Below are positions 1-9,512 of a stretch of DNA of 64,000 nucleotides, one piece after another (the first letter of the stretch is position 1; each line of letters opens with the position of its first letter). The stretch covers positions 34,844,001 through 34,908,000 of the forward strand of contig CM060732.1 of NCBI GenBank assembly GCA_030704615.1, read 5' to 3'. Source of the DNA: Takakia lepidozioides (taxonomy: Eukaryota > Plantae > Bryophyta). A program made the position numbers and the translations under genes. The notes under the pieces were generated by a model. The model saw nothing but the letters and a program-made list of their open reading frames with translations, did not search any database and was not told the origin of the DNA.

Positions 1-213
1 TCTCGCACTTGGTCAGTTTCCCAATGGCCAATCGCTGCTACTCCACGATGTCTCCTCACCGACCAAAACAAAGGCTGCTTCCATGCAGTGTAGCTCCATC
101 ATGCCCGGCGGCCTCATGCCAGAACCAACGCTGATCGAAACCTGCATATTTTGTTTTGTTTTTTTTTTTTTTAAGCTTCTAAAACTAAGCACTACTTACA
201 CACAGGTAATCGT

Positions 214-391
214 ACAAGTGCTAACCCTCAACTCCTACCTTGCACTCACAGGTAAGAGCTCATCTCTCTCGAGTGATACGAAAGCTAACAAATGACACTG
301 CTCTCCACACAAGAAACAATGTGAAATCCAAAACCATCACTCTTTAAAACAGTAGTCGAGCCAGGGGCACCCCAAGCTATGGGGACTCCAC
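214..391. repeat. Left arm of a degenerate ~180-bp inverted repeat (partner 8285-8461)
   Basis: Blocks ACAAGTGCTA, GCACTCACAG, TCTCGAGTGATA, CATCACTC and AGTCGAGCCA-G-GCACCCCA-GC-ATGGGGA-TCCAC recur in the same order in the reverse complement of 8285-8461. Confidence 0.8.
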
Positions 392-658
392 CCCACAACA
401 ACCTACACTCCCATCATGAGTACACTCAGATCTAAACGCACACAGGAGCTCGGTCGCGCAGGCTCAACTCGAGAGAGATGAGCTGCGCGACTGCCGCTCT
501 CGTGAAGATAAGACGGACCAGGTGTCAAACTAAACTTGACACCTGATTTAACACTTGACCTAAATCCAAGTGTTAAATACAAATAACTAGTTTTATGCTA
601 GTTGTTTTCACACCGTGCTTATTTAACTTGACACAGTTACTCATTGCGGACAGTAAGA

Positions 659-1490
659 ATGAATTTTGGCGCCAAAATTCATCCATTTCAAAGAGAAATA
701 AATATTGGAGGGAGGGCATTAGATGAACTTCGGCGCCGAAATCCAACGCTCAAACCCTTAAAAGAATTTGGAGGGATGACTTCAGATGAATTTCGGCGCC
801 GAAATTCATTGCTCGCGAAGAAAAAAAAAAATTAGAAGGGAGGACTTGGATGAATTTCGGCGCCGAAATTCATTGCTCGTGAAGAAAAAAGAGAAAATTA
901 GAAGGGAGGACTTGGATGAATTTCGGCGCCGAAATTCATTGCTCGCGAAGAAAAAAGAAAATTAGAAGGGAGGACTTGGATGAAATTCGGCGCCGAAATT
1001 CATCTGTCGCAAGGAAAAAGAAAAAGAAGGGAGGACTTCGGCGCCGAAATCCATCCGCAGGACAGCAGAATTAGAGTCGGAAAAGGAGAAGAAGAATGAA
1101 TTTCGGCTTCAAAATTCATCCATTCTGCCTATTCAGGATTAGTGTCATTCGGATGTCGGCACCGAAATCCGGACACGTGGTGAATCACGACTGTAATCAC
1201 GAACACATTCATCCGTATTTTGGCATCCAAATTCAACCCTTACGTGCAGAAACAATTTCATGAAGAAGATGTTCATCCGAATTTCGGCACCGAAATCCAT
1301 CCGTTGGGTGCTTGCTCAGTTTCATGAGGTGAACAAATTACGATTTCTGTCGCCGGAATTCATCCGCTGGCTTCCAAATCTGTTACATGACAGAGATGTG
1401 TTCATCCAGATTTCGGTGCCGAAATTCATGGGAAGACCTGATTTATTGTAGCCCAAGTGGTGGTACATCACAATTCAGGCACCAAATATC
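659..1490. repeat. Array of ~14 palindromic motifs (best copies ATGAATTTCGGCGCCGAAATTCAT) at ~64-bp period
   Basis: GGCGCC-type cores at 668, 732, 795, 859, 925, 989, 1040, 1105, 1158, 1222, 1286, 1349, 1415 and 1478. Confidence 0.9.
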
Positions 1491-1601
1491 CGATGTGAAC
1501 TTGCTGTTGTCGTCCGTTTTTGTAACGTACGTTACACACCTTCATCCATACGTGCACTGATCACCCATCCTGTTGGATACAGAATCCTCCAGAAAATCAT
1601 T

Positions 1602-2279
1602 GTGGTATTAGGTATGACACACTCTTCTCATTGCAGGACTTCGCTGCGGAGCATACCGAGAGGTCCTGTCTTCAACATGGACTCCCGTGTTTGGGTAAAC
1701 GTGTACTTCCATCCTGATTATCTGAAAGCTAAAATACCATGCGACCAAGGATTTGCGATTGTCACTGAGCAGTACTTGTGTGTGAAGTTCAGGCTCCGCC
1801 CTGGAACGGTGTTTTTGGAAGAGGAGACGAAGGATGCTTATGGAAATTTTCTGGAAAGTGCCGTCATTCTGCATGCAGATTTCGGAAAAGGCAAAGAGTG
1901 GGGGCTCCCAGCTTCTGAATCCATTCGGTACAGTGCAATTGGTGAAATCGTGCCTAAAGAGTTCCCACGTTGGAACTTGGTTGACCCTCCTTCCACAAGA
2001 GGGTCTGGCGTGCAAGATGTGAAGTCTGTCATGAAGGATGTGGGCACCTCTTCACAAGCAGAGAAGCCCAAACATGTGAAAAGGGAAATCCAGGAAAACA
2101 GGGAAACAGTCGTCCACGACTTATCCAGTGACGATGAAGACTGTATGGTCCTTCCATCGTATGTTTCGAAGTCGTCCGTCACTAGGAGTGTTCAGAAGTC
2201 GGCAAACAATGAGCACACACCCTCCGACTCAACTTCCGTCCGCTCAGTAATCGACATATTGCGGAGGATGAAGACAACG
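1602..2279 (+). CDS. Orphan ORF of unknown function, truncated by LTR insertion at 2280
   Basis: Open frame of >220 codons with an acidic VHDLSSDDED patch, running directly into the LTR start TGTCGCGG. No family recognised. Confidence 0.45.
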
Positions 2280-2993
2280 TGTCGCGGCCCTTTGCCTTGA
2301 GGGCAGGGGGCCAGAACACATGAGGGGCTGCCCCTGTGGTGGGGGCAGTGGCAGCGATAGGTATGGGGGGGCTGAAGCACCTTTGAGTGCCCAAGGCACT
2401 CAAGGAGGCGGAGGCGCTCACTAGGTGGAGCCCCGCACACCGGGTTGCGGTGGGGGTGGTGTAGCTTAGCGGGACTTAGTGGGGGTGGCATAGGACTTAC
2501 CATGGGGGCGGAGACCTCGTGGTGGGAGTCGTGGGGAGTCTTGGGACTCATCACGGTCCATAGGGGCCGTGGTGAGTGGGCCAAGACTCACCGCGACTTA
2601 TCACCGGGAGTCGAGGGTTTTCGTGGTGGTTCGCCATAAAATGGCATGGCTGGTTGTGAAACCCTCGCAGACAGCTACAGAAGTATATATAAGGGGAGTA
2701 GTGACCCCGAGAACGGTGCAAGCCCGTTGGTGACCAAAAACTAGTGAGTAAGCGAGCGAGCCGGAAAGCGACCAAAGAGTGGGGAGCTGTTCCGGACTGC
2801 CATCTACCAAAGGGAATTCTCCTAGGCCCAAATAGGTGGAGGGTTTAGTGGGAAGTGAAGGGGGGACCGTTATGTCCCGGTGAGCAGCCGAAGCTCCAAG
2901 TTGGCCCGGGCGGCCAGGTTGGGAGTCAGGCGCGCGCAGAAAAGTGAGTAACTATGACTTGAAGGGGAGCTTACCGAAGTGAGGTGCGCGACA
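2280..2993 (+). repeat. 5' LTR (714 bp)
   Basis: Termini TGTCGCG...CGCGACA form a perfect 7-bp inverted pair. TATA-like TATATATAA at ~2684. PBS follows after 2 nt. Confidence 0.88.
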
Positions 2994-2995
2994 CT

Positions 2996-3007
2996 TGGTA
3001 TCAGAGC
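2996..3007 (+). promoter_or_regulatory. Primer binding site complementary to tRNA-iMet
   Basis: TGGTATCAGAGC immediately after the LTR end CA-CT. Confidence 0.92.
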
Positions 3008-3048
3008 CTAGAGTTCAGTACGCGATCGTCCTTGGGATTGGCCTCATC

Positions 3049-6000
3049 ATGGGGTCGGGCAAGCCAAAGCGAAAGCGGAGCGGCCCAAAAGATGATGATC
3101 CTGGTGAGCCCGATGGGGGCGACGTGTCACCGAAGCGGCCGTTTGAGGAAGCGACGCAGGTTTCTGAAAGCGAGGCCGCTCAAGAGCGGGAGGAATCCGA
3201 GGAGTCGGAGCCCGAGGAATCCGTGAGAGCTCCGACCGACCAACAGATGCCTCCCATGCCGGCAGCTTTTTGGGAAGGGTTGTTGGCGCAGTTTGGCGGG
3301 ACGTTGAAAGACGTGTTGAAGGCGGCTAATGCCACTTCCACTAAGGCAAAACTTAAGGTGAAGCCTAAGGAACCCGGCACCTTCGAGGGCGTCCGAAATC
3401 GGAAGGCACTCAACACCTGGCTCCTGGAGCTAGAGCAGTACTTCCAGGCGGCCAAGTTGAGTGACGAGGATTGGGTGGAAGTGGCTCCCACCTATTTGAG
3501 GGGCTATGCTCAACAATGGTGGCAGAAACGCCTTCACGACCGAGGCCCAAGCCCAGAAACCTTGAACTGGAGTGGGTTCATGGAATTGATGAAGAGACAG
3601 TTTGTGCCCCTCAACGCGTCCTGGCTTGCCCGGGACAAGATGAGGACTTTGAAGCAAACAGATGACATTCGGGGGTATGTCCAGGCTTTCAATGTGCTGT
3701 TGCTCAAAGTCGCGGACATGGCAGAACCAGAAATGGTCTTCAACTTTGTGGCGGGACTGGCCCCATGGGCCAGGCAGAAGTTGGAGGAGAAGCCACCCAA
3801 GACTTTGAACGAGGCAATTGAGAGGGCTGAATGTTTCTCGGATGTCCCTAGGGGTGAGAGACAAGGCCGTACGGAGCTGAACCACAAGAAGACCCGGCGG
3901 GAAGGTGACTCCTTCCGACCGGAAAAGAAGTGGGATAGGCCACGCGGCGACAATGGCACGTGGAAATCGAAGGGAGGGCCTTCACACGTCAAGGCGGCAC
4001 CCGGTGCTTCGAAAGGAAAAGCGGGTGGAGCGGCTTATGGCGGACAGAAGGCAACCTTTGATGGAGTGTGTTTCAATTGCGGGGAGCCCGGGCACATGGC
4101 CAAGAAGTGCACAAAACCTCGACAATTGAACATGACTCGGGCAACCACGGAGCTGTCGGAAGATACCATCAGTCGCTTGGTGGAAGCGGTGGTCGCCAGG
4201 ACTTGCAAGGTAGACAACTATTCTTGTGAGTTGTATCAGGAAACTGGCGCCTTGCGTAAAGAGAGTCAGTTATTGTTCGTGGATGGGATAATATCCGGAA
4301 CTAACGTGTCGTTGTTGGTGGACACAGGAGCGTCGCACTCCTTCATGACGCCGGCGGCGGCGCGAAAGTTGGGACTCCCGACAAGTGACCTGGGGGCCTC
4401 TATTGAGGTGCGCTCTGCCAAAGGAGAACCTCAGTTGGCGACAAGGTTGGCGTTTGATGTTCCTCTTCAACTGGGGAGTTGGGAGGGACGTGAGAACTTC
4501 ACCATCTGCGAGATCGACGGAGTGGATTTCATTTTGGGGATGACCTTTTTGAGCAAATCCGGAGCGGTCATAGATGGCCGCAAGAGAGTAGTCACGCTGC
4601 CATGTGGGAATGGTGGCAAGGTTTTACGAGTGTCAAAAACGCCCAAATCCGTGGGAGGGCGAATAAACCTTCTGTCAACAAAGGAGTGGGCCGTGGAGGA
4701 GGCACACGAGCCCCAATTTTTGCTTTACATTAGAGAAGTGAAAGGAGAAGGCGATGGGGAGCCGAGCCCAGATTGGATCAAGGGGATTTTGGAGAAATAC
4801 CAAGATGTGATGCCGGAGGATTTACCAAGCGGCTTGCCACCGCGAAGAGGAGTTGACCACAAGATTGAGGTGATACCGGGATCGGAACCGCCTGCCAAGG
4901 CACCCTACCGGTTGAGCCACAGAGAGTTGGTCGAGCTGAAGACTCAGCTCAAGGATCTAATGTCAAAGGGGTACATCCGGCCGAGTAAGTCACCTTACGG
5001 AGCCCCGGTGCTATTTGCAGACAAGAAGGATGGGACGCTGCGGATGTGTGTCGATTACAGGGCTCTGAATAAGGTGACTATAAAAAACCGGTACCCTTTG
5101 CCAAAGATCGACGACCTCTTCGATCGGTTGGCAGGAGCGAAGTATTTCAGCCGGATCGACTTGCGCTCCGGCTATCACCAAATTCGGGTGGCGGAAGGAG
5201 ATGAGGAGAAGACCGCGTGCAGGACAAGGTATGGTTCATATGAGTTCTTGGTGATGCCTTTTGGGCTCACCAATGCACCAGCGACATTTAGCACGCTGAT
5301 GAACAGCCTTTTCCAGGAGTGGTTGGATGACTTTGTGATCGTGTACATCGACGACATCTTGGTGTACTCAAAAATAAAGGAGGAGCACCTGGAGCACCTG
5401 AAAAGGGTGTTCCAAAAATTGCGGGAAGGGAAGCTGTATGCCAAAGCTTCAAAGTGCGAATTCGGGGTCACAAAAGTGGAGTTCCTGGGGCATGTGATTA
5501 CACAGGATGGGGTCAAAATGGATGACAGAAAGGTGAGGGCGATCTTGGAGTGGGAGCCTCCGACTTCGGTCCCGGGAGTGCGATCCTTCCTAGGACTCGC
5601 CTCCTATTACCGGAAGTATGTGAGAAATTTCGCCAAGATTGCGGGGCCGCTGTCAGACCTTCTGTGTAAATCTAAAGTCTGGGCATGGAACACCTTTTGT
5701 GGCCAAGCTTTTGCTGAATTGAAGCAGCGGATGGCGGAAGCTCCAGTCTTGAAAATCCCGGAGTTCGATCTTCCGTTCGAGATACACACAGATGCGTCGG
5801 ACTTCGTGATTGGGGGTGTACTGATGCAAGATGGACGCCCAGTGGCTTACGAAAGTAAGAAACTGAATGAAGTGGAGCGACGGTGGCCGACGCACGAGAA
5901 AGAGATGAAGGCGGTGGTGCACTGTCTTGAGCTTTGGTGCCACTATATTGGTTCCAACCCAGTGAAGGTGTTCACGGACAATGTCACGGTGAAGTATTTT

Positions 6001-6415
6001 GCCACGCAGCCCAAGTTGTCCCCAAAATAACTTAGGTGGCAAGATACTTTGGCGGTGTTCGACGTGGATATCCAGTACAAACCGGGACGAGACAACGTGG
6101 TGGCCGATGCTTTAAGTAGAAAGCAGCAGCTCTTGTTGGTGTACAAGGGCGAGACGGCGCTCCAAAGGAAGATCCGGAAGGCTTGCCGGAAGGATGAGCT
6201 AGCGAAGTCCGTGATGCAGGACTTGAGGATGGGGGTTAAATCGCAGTTCCACTTGCAAAATGGACTGCTCCGGTATAAGCAAAAGCGTCTCTACGTGCCG
6301 AAGGGAGGATCAGAGATAGCCTCTTGAGAGAATGCCATGATAGCCCGCTTGCGGGCCACGGCGGAGCCAAGCGCACTGCGGCACTCTTGAAGAAAGAGTA
6401 TTTCTGGCCCAAACT
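3049..6415 (+). pseudogene. Gag-Pol polyprotein (single ORF; premature stop 6028-6030, frameshift ~6310, truncated integrase)
   Basis: Zinc knuckle [14 protein letters not shown]; protease [10 protein letters not shown]; [24 protein letters not shown]; RNase H TDASD..YESKKL..HEKE..FTDN. Confidence 0.93.
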
Positions 6416-7353
6416 TTCGTCCACATTTATGAGAAGACTCCAATTTGCTACCAATACATTGTCAGTGTTCTGCAAATGTGATGCCTTTACAAGATTGCTA
6501 GTTCTGTGTCCCAGTGGGAAGGGTCCTATTGCACATTCCAGCATTTGCATACTGCACCTTATGCAAACAGCAATCCATACGACAAAGGACACGTCCCAGC
6601 ATACTGGCAGTGAATTGCAAAAAACCTTAACAGAAGATTATCCAAGCATGTATATTCCCCATATGGCATAGGGAAGCTACTTGATTTCTGAATCAAAATG
6701 TATGTGCCATGAGTGTCGGCGAGTCGAAACATGTCTACTCTAGCATGCAAGACCTATGGTCCCCTCGCCCAAGAAGAAGGAACTCGAACTGGCCTCTCAA
6801 GGACCTCCTGAGTGACCGGGTGCTGATATTTGAACAAAATGTCAGCGGTTTCTATCGCCCGGTTGAAACTAACGAGGATGTCGTGTTTATCGATAGCGCC
6901 CCTTTGGTAGAAGCACATTTTCACAGTGGGCCCTGTGTTCCCCTCCTCCTCATCCTCATAACTGAAGAGAATGTCCCCACTTTCCGAGCCAGTCCGTCCA
7001 CGCGTGAAGTTTTCACCTATGCACTCATCATACGTCCACTCGCAACAATTCCACTGATACAGCAACGCTGTGCGTGATCTGTTCGTCTCCCACTCAAGCG
7101 GAAAGTCCAGGTCCGTGATGCGTAGGAACCACCTGCTCCCCAGCCGGGGTCCAGGAGAATCGTGCAATCCTGGAAGAAACTCCATTGCTCTCAGCTGGAC
7201 AAGACGAGGATCGTCCCTGTAAACATCTAGGAAGACAATGATGTCGTCTGCTTTCGGGACAATGACTCCCGTCTGGCGTCGATAGATGTGATTCGGGCAT
7301 GACATGGCTTCACGACACAGCAAGATCTCAGAGCAGGGAGGAGATGGGCACAA
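6416..7353 (-). CDS. Orphan coding region of unknown function, convergent with the 1602 ORF, cut off at the gypsy junction
   Basis: 199-aa ORF 6754-7353 followed by adjacent shorter minus-strand ORFs (6559-6750 and ~6416-6592). No family recognised. Confidence 0.4.
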
Positions 7354-7529
7354 CAGAGAAGAGTGAAGAGCAAAATGAGAGCGAGGCCGGCGGAAGAGGG
7401 ATATATCATTGCTGCACTGCCAATGTCGTATGCGGCGGAACTTCTATTTCCTCCGACATGTGTGCTTTAATTAGACAAATCCGCACCAGTTTCAGGAGAG
7501 TTTGCAAAAATCCCTCACCGTAAGGCGGG

Positions 7530-8020
7530 TATTTGCTCTCCGGAGCCCAATTTCGGCGCCGTTATTGGATGGACTGCGGAAGCTTCAGCCGAGAATTTTG
7601 TTTCCGGAGCCCAATTTCGGCGCCGTTATTGGTTGCACTCCCCAGCCTTCAGCCGGGTATTTGGTTTCCGGACCCCAATTTCGGCGCCGTTATCGGCTGC
7701 ACTCCGGTGGCTTCAGCCGAGTATTTGGTTTCCGGGGCCAATTTCGGCGCCGTTATTGGCTGCACTCCGGAGGCTTCAGCCGAGTATTTGGTTGGCGGAG
7801 CCCAATTTCAGCACCGTTATTGGCTTCACTCCCGAGCCTTCAGCCGACTATTTCTTTTCCTGTGCCCAATTACGGCGCCGTTATACCCAACCTTCCTACA
7901 CTTCTGCAACTGTACTATCCACGGTTATAGGTCGCCATTGCGTTTTCGGAGTCTGCAAACCCGGATCCTAATTCCGCTTGCGTCTCTGTCTCTGGGATAA
8001 TTTCGGTGCCGTTATTGCCC
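7530..8020. repeat. Tandem array, ~64-bp unit, core CCAATTTCGGCGCCGTTAT
   Basis: Cores at 7555, 7619, 7683, 7746, 7810 and 7874, with a further copy at 8005. Confidence 0.9.
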
Positions 8021-8284
8021 AGAATTCAGTTTTTCTATGACCTGGCCTGGCGGTCCATGAGCCTGGGCTCCAAGTCATGAGCGGACACTGGTACTTATGA
8101 GCGGAGTGCTTCCAGCATGAGCGTGGAAATCTTCGAAAACCTTCTCTTGTTATACTACTTTCGATTATTTTATAGTTTTGGGCCCGAAAAAAATCTGCCG
8201 AAATTCGAAGTGTGTTACTTTGCGGCTCATGGGTGAGCCATGCCCGCTCATGAGCTCATGAGCTCATGGAATAGCAACCCCCGT

Positions 8285-8461
8285 GTGGATTCCCCATGGC
8301 GTGGGGTGCACTTGGCTCGACTTAATATATGAGTGATGTTTTCATGTGCAAGTGTGTGAGTTTGAGAGAGCTTGTATGCTTGTATTATTCATTTCCTTAT
8401 CACTCGAGAAAGATCAGTTCGAGTCTGTGAGTGCCAGGTTCGAGTTAGTTGTAGCACTTGT
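8285..8461. repeat. Right arm of the degenerate inverted repeat (partner 214-391)
   Basis: See left arm. Both arms retain a CCCCA-N5-TGGGG hairpin followed by TGC-C-TGGCTCGACT. Confidence 0.8.
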
Positions 8462-8914
8462 GTTTTCAGATCATGAGAAACGGTTCAGCCTATAGTGGAG
8501 GGAGCCGTGCATGAGCCTATCCAAAGTGGATAGAGTGCAAAGGCGAACATGTTGCAGGTTTGCCATGGATAGAGAAGCGGGTAGCCTATGTTGAAGAGCG
8601 GCGTTGCATAGCTCAACGCTATGGCAACCGAGTTTGGGCTTCTAGTGTGAAGCGGAGGAGATGTTGGCCACGAGTGGGCGAACTGGTGGTTGCCTTCTTC
8701 AGCTGCATGCCGAGTCTGCTTGTTGGGTCTGCCCGGCAAGCTGATCTGCTGGGGCCCACAATATGCACATAAAGCATTAGTTATTGCAAAGATTTGTAAA
8801 AAGCGGTGGGTAGTGTGGTGGTTAAGAGCACTAAATGATAAGAGCAAGGTGTGGTGTTCAAATCTTGATATATTGTATGCAATAACGTGTGTTATTAAAT
8901 ATATATTTTGTCGA

Positions 8915-9222
8915 ATGGTCTGCCGGTCTGGAGGGTCCAAGCAGGTTTGTTGGAGGGGGGTCTGCTTGGAGGGTCTGCCCAGTCTGCTGGAGAGGTGCCA
9001 GTCCGCTCGTCGGTCTGGAGGGTCTGCTAGAAGGTTGGAGTCGGTCTGTTGGAGGGTCTGCCCAGTCCGCTAGAAGGTCCGCCACGGTAGATTAACAAGG
9101 ACTTAGAAAAATTTCAGAATCTCGTCGACCCGGTGAATGGGCGGTGGGCTTATGAGCTCACCCCAATTGTCTGGCAGGGCCCGCCCATGCATTCATGACC
9201 CTATTATTAAACAATGAGAGGC
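8915..9222. mobile_element. Right terminus of a Mutator-like element of the same family as 42466-57639 (partner end not in window)
   Basis: GACCCTATTATTAAACAATGAGAGGC ending at 9222 matches the TIR end GACCCTATTATCTTAAAATGAGAGGC at 52607. GGTCTG/CAGTCYG subterminal repeats at 8917-9085. Confidence 0.7.
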
Positions 9223-9371
9223 TATATATATATGGCTAGATGACTTGTTGATCCACCATCTAATGCAACCATACATTTCAATGGATTAAGCTAAATATGG
9301 GCTAACAGAGAAACATGCAGCCACCTCGTGAGCATGCCACGAGACCAAGCCCAGCTATGCTGTTCCCTATA

Positions 9372-9512
9372 TTGCTGCTGATGGATGAACAATAATGTGG
9401 TTGCTGCTGATGGATGAACAGTGATATGGATCGATGACCACACTCCGCTGCTGATGGATATGTGGATGGATGACCAGACTTTGCTGCTGATGGATGAACA
9501 GATATGGATGGA
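9372..9512. repeat. Degenerate short tandem repeat GCTGCTGATGGATGAACA
   Basis: Four copies at ~9374, 9403, 9447 and 9483. Confidence 0.6.

Larger units (their letters stand above)
2280..6415 (+). mobile_element. 3'-truncated Ty3/gypsy LTR retrotransposon (chromovirus lineage, Galadriel-like)
   Basis: 5' LTR, iMet PBS and gag-PR-RT-RH, then the start of integrase (HDSPLAGHGG..YFWPK) breaking abruptly into unrelated sequence at ~6415. No 3' LTR. Confidence 0.93.

Noticed and set aside
659-1490. CRISPR array (palindromic repeats with 35-40 bp spacers)
   Set aside because: Repeats are degenerate, the first spacers are copies of each other, no cas genes, eukaryotic TE context.
7502-8000. Three overlapping ORFs of 112-155 aa
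   Set aside because: By-products of the stop-free 64-bp tandem repeat.
8285-8330. Helitron 3' end (GC hairpin)
   Set aside because: No CTRR terminus, and homology with the partner arm continues past the hairpin.
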